This document shows, piece after piece, positions 1-11,263 of a DNA stretch of 64,000 nucleotides. A model generated the notes under the pieces. The model was not told the DNA's origin. It was given only the letters and a program-made list of their open reading frames with translations, and did not search any database. Within the stretch, counting starts at the first letter, position 1; each line of letters opens with the position of its first letter. The translations under genes and the position numbers were made by a program. Origin of the DNA: Heterodontus francisci (lineage: Eukaryota); contig NW_027141721.1 in NCBI RefSeq assembly GCF_036365525.1, positions 372,001-436,000 of the forward strand, in the 5' to 3' direction.

Positions 1-1665
1 ATTGGCTGTCTGACCATAAAGCAGATAAAGCACCAGCACCAGATGAGATGAGGGAAGTGAGGATGAAAATCGCAGAGGCGTTGGCCATAATTTTTCAGTC
101 TTCCTTAGACTCAGGGCTGGTGTCAGAGGACTGGAGAATTTCAAACGTTACACCCTTATTCAAAAAAGGAGTAAAGATAAGCCCAGCAACTACAGGCCAG
201 TCAGTTTAACATCGGTGGTGGGGAAACTTCGAGAAAATATAATTCGGGACAAAATCAATAGTCACATGGACGAGTTAATTAATGAAAGACAGCATGGATT
301 CCAAAAGGGAAAATCATGTTTAACTAACCTGCTTAATTTTTTTGAGAAGGCAACAGAGAGGGTTGATGAGGGCAATGCTGTGGATGTGGTGTACATGGAC
401 TTTCAAAAGGCGTTTAACACAGTGCCATACAGCAAACTTGTGAGAAAAATTGTAACTCGTGGAATAAAAGGGACGAAAGCAACATGGCGACGAAATTGGT
501 TTAGTGACAGAAAACAAAGAGCAGTGTTTAATGGATGCTTTTTCGGGCTGGAGGAAGGTTTGTAGTGGAGTTCCCCAGGGATCAGTGTTAGGACCCTTGT
601 TTTTCATGAGATATATTAATGACCTAGACCTCGGAGTACAGGGCACAGTTTCAAAGTTTGCCGATGATACGAAACTTGGAAGTATTGTGAACTATGAGGA
701 GGATAATGTCGAACTTGAAAAGGACAGAAACAAGTTGGTGGAATGGGCAGACAGGTGGCAGATGAGGTTCAATGCAGAGAAATGTGAAGTGATTCATTTT
801 GGTAGGATGAACAATATAGAATAAAGGGCACAATTCGAAAGGGGGTGCAGGAGCAGAGGGACATAGGTGTATTTTTGTATAAGTCATTAAAAGTGACAGG
901 ATAGGTTGGGGCTGTTTTTCTTGGAGAAGAGAAGGCTGAGAGTCGATTTGGTGTTGGTATTCTAAATCATGAGGGGGCTGGACAGAGTAGATGCAGAGTA
1001 GATGGGGCGGCACAGTGGCGCAGTGGTTAGCACTGCAGCCTCACAGCGACCCGGGTTCAATTCTGGGTACTGCCTGTGTGGAGTTTGCGAGTTCTCCCTG
1101 TGTTTGCGTGGGTTTCCTCCGAGTGCTCCGGTTTCCTCCCACATGCCAAAGACTTGCAGGTTGATAGGTAAATTGGCCATTAGCAATTGCTCCTAGTGTA
1201 TGTAGGTGGTAGGGAAATATAGGGACAGGTGGGGATGTGGTTGGAATATGGGATTAGTGCAGCATTAGTATAAATGGGTTGTTCATGGTCGGCACAGACT
1301 CGGTGGGCCGAAGGGCCTGTTTCAGTGCTGTAACTCTAAACTAAGAAAATGTTCCCGCTCCTGAAAGGATCAAGAACAAAGGGGCACAGATTTAAAATAT
1401 TTGTTAAGAGAAGCAAAAGCGACATGAGGAAAAACTTTTTCACGCAGCGAGTGGTGAAGGTCTGGAATGCACTGCCTGAGAACGTGGTGGAGGCAGGTTC
1501 AATTGAAGCATTCAAAAGGGAATTAGACAGTTATATGGAAAGGAAGGATGTGCAGGGTTATGGGGAGAAGGCAGGGGAATGGGACTGAGGGAATTTCTCT
1601 TCCAGAGAGACAGTGCGGGCACGATTGGCCGAATGACCTCCTTCTGCACTGTAACAATTCTGTGA
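1..1665 (+). mobile_element. Decayed CR1-clade LINE, 3' (RT) part, interrupted by a SINE
   Basis: Frameshifted ORFs 215-565, 504-824 and 1349-1588 carry RT motifs ([51 protein letters not shown]). Confidence 0.9.
1004..1343 (+). mobile_element. tRNA-derived SINE (HE1/V-SINE-like)
   Basis: Starts GGGGCGGCACAGTGGCGCAGTGGTTAGCAC (A box) with GGTTCAATTC (B box). Central block GGGTTTCCTCCGAGTGCTCCGGTTTCCTCCCAC. CR1-like 3' tail GGGCCGAAGGGCCTGTTTC. Absent from the duplicate copy near 37180. Confidence 0.85.
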
Positions 1666-1901
1666 TTCTGTGGTTGGGAAGACTACAACCAGGGGCACAA
1701 TTTCGCTACCACAGCGAGTAAGTTAAGGCCAATAATGGAGATGCATCTAAGGGGGAGATTAAATCAGGACATGAGGGAGTAAGGAATAGAAGGAGGTGCT
1801 GATGGGCAGAGATGCAGAGAGATGGGAACAGGATTGTAAACCATGGCGCGGAGTCAACTCCCCCTTGGCCCCTTTATTTCCTTCACCCACTTAATCCTGG
1901 C

Positions 1902-2639
1902 CGTTACGTGGGACTTAGTCCTCTTAATTCAGACTCAGGCTGGGTGTTTGGGATATTGGGGTTACAGGAGAGCCACCCTCCACCTAATCCAGCAGCTACA
2001 GTTAATGGCTTAGTACAAAGAGGAGAAAACTCAGTCCTTTCTTTAACTATCAAGTTACTTTATTCACGTTGTTGTACAATGTAAGAATAAGGCTTATACA
2101 CTTGGTTAGACAAAAGCATGCAACTCAAACTGGGTTATACAGCTAATAACAAAGCTAGCTAGAATTGATAAGCACACCCACTAGGTTACTCTGACCTTTC
2201 CCTGACCTCGTCACAGAAAACAAACGATAATTCCCGGAAAGGGGAGAGCTGACGCTGGCCAGACGTTCCGATCTGTCTCTCTCTTATGTCGTCACCGCGT
2301 TGCTCACGCAGGGTCTTCCATTTCCACGATGGTTGGTCTCTGGAGTTTCCCGCTGGCTCAATGCCTGAGATTCTCCATACTTATTCTCTTTCTTATCTCT
2401 TCAAAACTGTGCTGTCTCTTTCCTGTTAGTTTAGGCCTGCTCACCTCGTTCGTATCTTCTCCTTATTGGCCCAGGCCCAAAGACCCCGGTATATCACCGT
2501 TTCCAAATAAGGCTCTATTCCTGTGATTTCTCCCTTGCCTGTCACATAAATTAATTAGTTCAAATTGGTTTTTACCAGCACAGGCCAGTGTCTGAGCTCA
2601 GGTTACTTTAGTTCATGTGCTATCCAGCAGCTTGTAACA
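1902..2639. mobile_element. Possible solo LTR (paralogue at about 37738-38475)
   Basis: Bounded by (C)GTTAC...GTAACA inverted termini, with an AATAAA on the minus strand. No target-site duplication found. Confidence 0.35.
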
Positions 2640-3399
2640 GATTCTGTACTTCTTGCAGCCCACGGCCAAGGGATGATGTTGTTTATTTTGGGTAACTGTT
2701 TCGAACAGCCAGGCCAGGCTCGATTGATCGAATGACCTTGGTCAGTGCTGTATGATTCTATAACTATCTAAGACGCATCAAGGGGCTTGTTTGTTTCAGT
2801 CAGAGAAAGACTTATTTTCCCTGTCTCCTAAACGAGAATTGAAGGGTTAAATTCTTGCCTGGGCCGAACTCCCAGATGCTTTAAAAGTTGTTCAAAAGAC
2901 ACCGAATGTCTGAAAGACAAGTTGGTTAACAATTGTCAACAGTTGCTCAAAACCGCCAAATTAGGAATCTGTTCCAGTGAGAGACCTATCTGGGGAGTTG
3001 CCTCGTACTTGCATAGTATGAATCATCAGGGGCATGTAGAATAGGGAGGTCTGTGCAACTCCTTGTCAGAATCCTCCGTCCATTCTTTCAACAGTATCAT
3101 GAACCCATTTACCCCAACTCGTAATCTGTTCTTAAAATGTAGAGGCTACCTTCACGAAAAGAGCCTTATCACATGGATGGAGCATTTTAACCATTAATAT
3201 TGTATTGATATAATCTGAATCGAAGGAGAACAAGAAGATGCAACAATATCAACAAAATAGCAAATCATGATATATCACTGATGTAACTGCGAGATGTAAA
3301 CAATGACGTTAGATATATGATAAACAACAGAGGGATGAATATACACTTAGACAGATAAGAGCCAGATAAGTCGATCGATGACAAATATATATCGAGTTC

Positions 3400-3523
3400 A
3401 GAGTGAATAGAGATAAATAGATAAATAGAGATATATATCGATAGCTGGAGGGATCGATAGAGCGATGGATGGACAGACAAATGGAACAATAGATAGATAG
3501 ATGGAGCAATAGGTAGATATACC

Positions 3524-3593
<70 letters not shown>

Positions 3594-3604
3594 CAGATAG
3601 ATAG
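3400..3604. repeat. (GATA)n microsatellite
   Basis: Pure GATA run at about 3524-3600, degenerate upstream. Confidence 0.95.
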
Positions 3605-3616
3605 CTATAGACCCCA

Positions 3617-5315
3617 ATCACTGACTCCACTCACTGACTCCTCTCACTGACCCCACTCTCTGACACCACTCAGTGACTCCACTCACTGTCCTCTCTCACT
3701 GACTCCACTCACTGTCCTCTCTCACTGACCCCACCCACTGACCCCTCTCACTGACCCCGCTCACTGACCCCACTCACTGACCCCACTCACCGACTCTACT
3801 GACTGTCTCCACCCACTGACCCCACTTACTAACACCACTCACTGACTCCTCTCACTGACCCCACTCACTGACTCCACTCACTGTCCACACTCACTGACCC
3901 CACTCAATGACCCCACTCACCGACTCCACTCACTGACCCCAACCACTGACACCAGTCACTGACTCATCTCACTGACCCCAACCACTGACACCAGTCACTG
4001 ACTCCTCTCTTTGACCCCACTCACTGACACCACTCACTGACGCCACTCATTGACTCCACTCACTGTCCCCACTCACTGACCCCACTCACTGACTCCACTC
4101 ACTGTCATCACTCACTGACCCCACTCACATATACCACTCACTGACTCCTCTCACTGACCCAACCCACTGACTCCACTCACTATCCACACTCACTGACCCC
4201 AGCCACTGACTCCACTCACTGACACCATTGACTGTCTCCACTCACTGACCTCACTCACTGACTCCACTGAGTGACTCCACTCACTGACTCCACTCACTGA
4301 CTCCAGTCACTGACCGCACGCACTGACCCCGCTCAGTAACCCGGTCACTGACCCCACTCGCTGATGCCGCTCACTAACCCCGCTCACTAACCCGGCTCAC
4401 TGACTCCACTTACTGTCCCCGCTCACTGACTCCATCACTGACCTCACTCACTGACTCCACTGAGTGACATCACTCAGTGACTCCACTCACTGACTCTACG
4501 CACTGACCCCACGCACTGAACCCACTCACTAACCCCGCTCACTGACTCCACTGAGTGACACCACTCAGTGACTCCACTCAGTGACTCCACTCACTGTCCG
4601 CACGCACTGACCCCGCTCACTAACCCCGCACACTGACTCCACTCACTGACCTCACACACTGACTCCACTGAGTGACATCACTCAGTGACTCCACACACTG
4701 ACTCCACTCACTGACCTCACTCACTGACTCCACTGAGTGACATCACTCAGTGACTCCACTCACTGACTCCACGCACTGACCCCACGCACTGAACCAACTC
4801 ACTAACCCCGCTCACTGACCCCAGTTACTGATCCCACTCACTGACTCCCCACTGGCCCCGCTCACCAACCCCGCTCACTAACCCTGCTCACTGACTCCAC
4901 TCACCATCCCCACTCACAGACACCACTCAAGGACTCCACTCACAGACTCCACTCACTGCCTCCACTCACTGTCCCGGCTCACTGAATCCGCTCACTGACT
5001 CCACTCACTGCCTCCACTCACTGTCCCAGCTCACTGACACCACTTACGGACTCCACTTACAGACTCCACTCACTGCCTCCGCTCACTGACTCCGCTCAAT
5101 GACTCCACCACTACATCAACTCACTGTCCCCGTTCACTGACCCCACTTACTCCTCCACTTACAGACTCCACTCACTGCCTATGCACACTGACTCCACTCA
5201 CTGACTCCACTTACTGTTTCCGCTCACTGACCCCACTTAGTGACCCCACTCACTGACCCCACACACTGATCCCACTCACTGACTCCACTCATTGACTCCA
5301 CTCACTGACCCCATT
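3617..5315. repeat. 13-bp minisatellite (CACTCACTGACYC)n
   Basis: Long degenerate tandem array. Paralogous array at 41124-42248 and a short copy at about 15600-15692. Confidence 0.9.
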
Positions 5316-5945
5316 CAATCTCCCAGATCAATCCCAAAAATAATCCTTCATTCTCCAGATGTATCCCAGTAATTTTCCCTCATTGTCTCTATCTCTGTCT
5401 CCCTCTCTGTCTCAGTCTCTTTAACTCTACCTGTCGTTTTTCGTCTCACTCTCCTCTCTCTCTCACTGGATCACTCTCTCTTTCACACACACATACACTC
5501 TCTTTCTCTCTCGAACAAAGTGGGTGTCCTTGTCCTGTTGATGTATATCAAGCTGGATCTACATGATCTCCTGCTCTTTCAGTTTTCTCACTAAATCCTT
5601 CTCAAAGCCATTACCCGGTCCATGGTCCAGGATCCCCCTCTGCTGTCCCTGTGGAGAAGGTAAACACAGTGTCAGTGCATAAAAACCCAGATTACTGTCA
5701 TTGATTCCTGATAGTTACATTCTGAGATCTCGTGACATCTTTATTAATCATTCATTGCACCCTCGGCAGTACCTGTAAATCTAGTGTGTCACTACAATCA
5801 TAACTCAACTCTTTTTATTGTAATAAACACTGTCACTCTGCATAAGCGAACAGTAGGTCGAGGCACCGAACGGTTTTTCCCTCCACAGGTGTATCCTGCT
5901 GCCTTTGGGGTTTTTGTTGAACAGCGCCATCTCTCAGTCACTGTG

Positions 5946-6432
5946 ATGTCTCCAGGCACAGAAATACACGGCCGAGTGATTCTCCCGCAGGCTGGAGGAC
6001 TCCAGGTTGAACTCGGAGTCAGTTGGTCTTTCAGTGGTGAAACTCTCTACCGTCCCCTCTGAGTTCACCCTTTGTGCAGTTAGAGAGGAAAACATCAGCT
6101 GCGGTTCCTTCCTCGGGTGTTGGCTGTACCAGTACATGTAAGGGTTACTGGTACCATCCACGGTGCATTTCAGCTTCACCTGCTCCCCAGGAGATTTGGA
6201 GAGAGCGGCGGGAGCCTGGCGGATAGTCTGTGAGTTCACATCTGGGAAAGAGACAGGGAGAGGAGGAGATCAGTAAACAGGGAACTTCAGTCCAGTGGGG
6301 AGAGAGAAAGAGGGAAAGAAAGAGAGAATGGGAGAAATAAAAACATATCCAAAAGAAATGTTAAGTAGAATTATTGTTCCAATAAAATCCCTTCCGGTGA
6401 AACAGGGTGATCAGAGTCAGTAACAGATACAT
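5946..6432 (-). pseudogene. TRBV: TCR beta V segment, family A (V1); open frame but defective leader donor and 21-bp RSS spacer
   Basis: Leader 6396-6432 (MYLLLTLITLFH) is followed by GGAAG instead of GTAAG. V exon 5946-6241 reads SQTIRQ..C..WY..YFCAWR. RSS: CACAGTG 5939-5945, 21-bp spacer, ACAAAAACC 5909-5917. Confidence 0.85.
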
Positions 6433-6609
6433 CTTTTACTTTAAGCTGCCCGCTGAATCAGCAAAGGGGAGAGAGCAGGAGTGATGAGTGTTGTCAATAA
6501 CCAACCCACTCTTTGCAAATCATTGGGAGGAACAGGGAAATCATTAGGAAGTGATGCAGAGATGGTGACGCCCAGCTCAACAAGTTAGAGTGGAGTAGGT
6601 TGACAATGT

Positions 6610-6616
6610 CTCTCTC

Positions 6617-6667
<51 letters not shown>

Positions 6668-6860
6668 CAATCCGCCTTCCTCTCTCTTTCTTACTCTTTG
6701 TTTCTCACTCTCTCTCTCTCTCTGCATGTATCGAGTTTTATGTCTCCCATTCTTTCACTCTCTTTCTCTCTCTGTATCTGTGTGTGCGTGTGTGTCTCTG
6801 TGTGTGTGTGTGTCTGTGTGTGTGTCTGTGTGTGTCTGTGTGTGTCTGTGCTTGTTTGCA
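6610..6860. repeat. (CTAT)n, (CT)n and (GT)n microsatellites
   Basis: Direct inspection. Confidence 0.9.
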
Positions 6861-8083
6861 TCTTTCTGTCTCTGTCTCCCTCTGTCCCATTCATTTTTCC
6901 TCTCTATGTCTCCCTGATTCACCCTTTCGGTCTCTGTGTTTCATCACCGGATGTATTGAGTTCCTGTGCATTGGGGGTTGTTTTCCTCTGTGTAGTGAAG
7001 GTTAGAGGGAGATTAACCAGACTGGTACCAGGGATGAGGGACTTCAGTTACTGTGGAGAGACTGGAGAAGCTGGGGGTTTCTCTCCTTAAAGCAGAGAAG
7101 GTTAATGGTAGATGTGATACAGATATTCAAGATCATAGAGGATTTTGATAGATAATTGATGACAAACCACATCATCTCCTGGTCAATATCTGGAAAATCT
7201 ATAAAAAGATGGTCAATCATTACATTATTGCAGTATTTTTAATTATTTCATACAAAGTGTAATCACCTAAAGATAGAGTTAGATCGATAGAGAGATAGAT
7301 AACCAGTTCGAGATATAGATATATAGAGAGACAGAGAGATAGATAACCAGGTACAGAGATAAATAGACAGAGAGACAGAGAGATATAAAACCAGGTAGAG
7401 AGATAGATAGAGAGATAGACAACCAGGAAGAGAGATGGATAGATGGAGGGACGGAGAGATAGATAACCAGGTAGAGAGATAGATAGATAGAGAGACAGTC
7501 AGGTAGACAGATAGATACAGAGGAAGAGAAATAGAGAGATAGATGGAAAGTCAGAGAGGTAGAGAAATAGCGAGCTAGAAAGAGGGACAGTCACTGCCCC
7601 TGTAAAAGATAGGAATGTTAATTGGCATTCTCTCATTTTACACCAGCTTGGCAGCTAGTGGGTGAGAGAGGGATGGAGAGAGAGGGAGAGGGAGGAAGAG
7701 AGAGAGATGGAGAGAGAGGGATGAAGACAGGGGGAGAGAGTAGGATGGGGAGAGGGGGAGAGAGTAGGGATGTAGACAGATGGAGAGAGAGAGAGAAAGA
7801 GAGAGAGAGGGAGCGATGGGCATCTATTGATCAGTCATGATCTCATTGAATGGCAGAGTGTTTTCGAGGTGATGAATGTTCTCCTTGTGTTCCCAGGTCA
7901 CTGTTAAAGTTTGTTCCAGACTGTGATGTTTATCATGGTCCTACAGCACACTCTGCATTCCCTTTGGAGAAAGAAAACGCAGTGAAATAAAACCACACCG
8001 TATCCATCCATCCATCCATCCATCTATATATCTACCTTTCTATCTCTCTACCTATCTATCTTTTTCTCTATCTAATTAAATCC

Positions 8084-8152
<69 letters not shown>

Positions 8153-8519
8153 GATCTGTCTTTATCTGATCTTCACTTCACATTTTAAAATCTTTAATAA
8201 TCTCTCTAAGACCGCTGAAAGTTCACCCTTCAGTCTTCTCCTTTCTGGAACAAAGATTCCCGAAGTTCAAATTCTCTTGATAACTTTAACCTCTCTCCTC
8301 TGATATCATTCCTGTAAAGTCTATTTCACAATTCCCCTGTGTTTCTAAATCTAACCTGTCACTTTCTATTTAAATCCGCCCTGTCGTCTTGTGAAAAACA
8401 TGTTCCCAATGATAAAAACACCCAACAAGACGCAGCACTGCCTGGTTTTATCTGAAACAGGTGTTTCCTGCTGCCTTTGGGGTTTTTGTTGAACAGCTCC
8501 ATCTCTCTGAGTCACTGTG

Positions 8520-8971
8520 AAGACTCCAGGCACAGAAATACATGGCCGAGTGATTCTCCCACAGGCTGGAGGCCTCCAGGTTGAACTGGGAGCTAGTCGG
8601 TCTCTCGGCGCTGAAACCGTCCACTGTCCCCTCTGGATCCACATAGTTAGCAGTTCTGGAGTAAAACATCAACAGCGGCTCCTTCCCTGGCTCTTGTCTG
8701 TACCAGTACATTTCGATGCTACTGCTGCTCCCCTCCACAGTGCACCTCAGTTCCACTCCTTTCCCGGCTAATCTGGAGACAGCAGCGGGAGTCTGGTGGA
8801 TAGTCTGTGAGTTCACATCTGGGAGAGAGATGGAGAGAGGAGGAGATCAGTAAACAGGGAACATCTGGTAATGAAAGGAAGACAGGGAGAGGAGAGGAAG
8901 GTTCTGAGGGATAATCTTTGTATCTGGCACTCACGTTGACCCAGGATTATCAGAGCCAGGAACAGATACAT
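8520..8971 (-). CDS. TRBV: TCR beta V segment, family A (V2), apparently functional
   Basis: Leader 8935-8971 (MYLFLALIILGQ, GTGAG donor). V exon 8520-8818 follows a CAG acceptor with conserved C, W and YFC. RSS: CACAGTG 8513-8519, 23 bp, ACAAAAACC 8481-8489. Confidence 0.93.
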
Positions 8972-9910
8972 CTCCCACTTGACACTGCCCTATCAAACAG
9001 CAAAGGCAGTGGAACAGAGGAGATCAGTTCTGTGACTAACCAATCCGCTCTTTGCAAATCATTGAGGAAAACATGAAGGGCATGAGGAAGTGATGCAGTG
9101 TTGGACACTCCCCCTTCCACCACCCAACCAATCAGAATGGACGTGGTTGCTTTTGATGGTTGAGTGACTGGAGTAAGTGTTGTTAATATCCCCAACAAGG
9201 GTGTCTGTTGTTCAGTTTCTAATTTACTGATTAGAAATCTCCAACTGTTCATATCCAGATTCCCAATGAACCTCATCGGCATTCCCACATTAGCCACATG
9301 TAGATTTCAAATGATAGACATCTGCATTCCAAATGATTTGCTCCTGTAGGGGATGTATTCGTGTGTTGCTAATTTAACTAGACTCCTAATCCACAGCCTC
9401 AGCTAGTGTTTTAGCGACGTGGGGGTGAATCTCACCAATACAGATCATGACATTTCAATGTCATAAATGAATCTGTTGTTTTTTTTTAAAGCTCGTCTAA
9501 TGGTGACCATTGTTTCAAAATCCATCAGGTTCACTGATGTTTGTTATGGAAGGAAATCTGCCGCCTTCAGCTGGTCTGGCCTACATGTAACTCCAGATCC
9601 ACAGCAATGTGGTTTACTCTTAAATGCCCTCTGCAATGGCCTAACAAGCCACTCAGTTCGAGGGCAATTCGAGATCGACAATAAATGGAAGCCTAACCAG
9701 CGAGGCCCATATCCCATGAAAGAATTAAGAAAAAAACAGACAGATGTTGATTTTTAAATAGTCAGGTGGGACTCCTGGCAAACGTTTTCTGCAACACCTT
9801 CCCGAGGGAAGTAGGTGGAACAATATCTGGGTCACACTGGGCTGCTGATCTATTCCACAGCTTGGTCTGTGCTCATTACTGGGTCCATAACCATCAGGGT
9901 GGCTCAAAGC

Positions 9911-10308
9911 TACTGCTGCCACCTGCTGGCGGAAAATGAGCACTGAGATTCAATCTACCGCTGTCCCCTGTCGGGGGAAAATGAGCACTGAGATTCAATC
10001 TACTGTTGCCCCCTGTCGGCGGAAAATGAGCACTGAGATTCAATCTACTGCTGCCCTCTGCCGGGGGAAGATGAACACTGAGATTCAATCTACTGCTGCC
10101 CCCTGTCGGGGGAAAAAGAGCACTGAGATTCAATCTACTGTTGCCCCCTGTCGGCGGAAAATGCGCACTGAGATTCAATCTACTGCTGCCCCCTGCTGGT
10201 GGAAGATGAGCACTGAGATTCAATCTACTGCTGCACCCTGCTGGTGGAAGATGAGCAATGAGATTCAATCCACTGCTTCCCCCTGACGGTGGATGATAAG
10301 CACTGAAC
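9911..10308 (-). promoter_or_regulatory. Tandem array of nine 45-bp units, each with a CTCF-like site
   Basis: Minus-strand unit TCAGTGCTCATCTT-CCACCAGCAGGGGGCAGCAGTAGATTGAATC; the best cores match CCASYAGRKGGCRS. The array ends about 18 bp from the V3 nonamer. Confidence 0.7.
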
Positions 10309-10365
10309 TCCCATTCATCCGCTGCAGGTTTTTGCAGCTGCGGATCCGCTTTTTCAAACACTGTG

Positions 10366-11263
10366 CGAGACTACAAGCGCAGAAATAGACAGCGGTGTGA
10401 GATGGATTGGCGTCTCTCAGTGCCAAAGTAAACAGTGTATTGCTGGCTCGGACTGCCTTAAATGACTCGGACGTGTAATTGGTAACAGACCCTTCTGTAG
10501 CTGAATAGAACAGAACTTCCAGTGCCCTGTCTGGTTGTTGTCTGCACCAGTACATATGGGAATAGCCAGTATTGATCAGCGTGCATCTGAATGTTGTCGA
10601 CTCTCCTGCTGCAATCGATAGGATAGAGGGCGACTGTTCCACATAGGAGGAGAGTATTCCTGTGGAATGGAACATCGATTAGATTATTATTTCAGTCAAT
10701 AATGGATTGGAGCAGGAGCTGCATTGCAAGAAATAAAGGGCTTACATTAATATAGCGCCGTTCAGGTCCTCAGGACATCAGAAAGGGCATGCAACCAATG
10801 TAGGTACTCCCTCAGTACTGCCTCTGCGACAATGCAGCACTCCCTCAGTACTGCTTCGTCGACAGTGCAGCACTTCCTCAATAGTGCCTCTGCGACAGTG
10901 CAGCACTCCCTCAGTACTGCCTCTGCGACAGTGCAGCAATCCCTCAGCGCTGCCTCTGTGACACGCAGCACTCCCTCAGTACTGCCTCTGCCACAGTGCT
11001 GCACTCTCTCAGTCCTGCCTCAGCGACAATGCAGCACTCCCTCAGGACTACCTCTGCGATAGTGCAGCACTCCCTCGGTCCTGACACCTGGGGTATTAGT
11101 TTTGACTTTGACCTCAAGTGTTCTGGAGTTAGACTCTGACACAGGAGTGTTCCGGACAGAATCACCGCTGACATTACAATACATTATTCTGCACAGTTTC
11201 TGACTTTGACTTACGTGGGAAGAGTGCAGCCATCAAGATTAGATAGAGAACTTCATGCAACAT
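10366..11263 (-). CDS. TRBV: TCR beta V segment, family B (V3), apparently functional
   Basis: Leader 11215-11263 (MLHEVLYLILMAALFP, GTAAG). V exon 10366-10659 reads YVEQSP..FRC..YWCRQ..VYFCAC. RSS: CACAGTG 10359-10365, 23 bp, GCAAAAACC 10327-10335. Confidence 0.9.
10805..11076. repeat. 33-bp minisatellite in the V3 intron
   Basis: (CAGTACTGCCTCTGCGACAGTGCAGCACTCCCT)n, about 8 copies. Also present at 61660-61932 and 63970-64000. Confidence 0.9.

Noticed and set aside
1004-1075. tRNA gene
   Set aside because: The A and B boxes belong to a SINE head; no complete cloverleaf.
1812-2526. Short ORFs conserved in both duplicate copies (also 37648-38362)
   Set aside because: Conservation reflects recent duplication. 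No domain or splice evidence; they overlap a probable LTR-like repeat.
9894-10361. Repetitive ORFs over the 45-bp arrays (also 30688-31210), and a CRISPR-like appearance
   Set aside because: A 45-bp period keeps frames open by default. There are no unique spacers or cas genes, and the DNA is eukaryotic.
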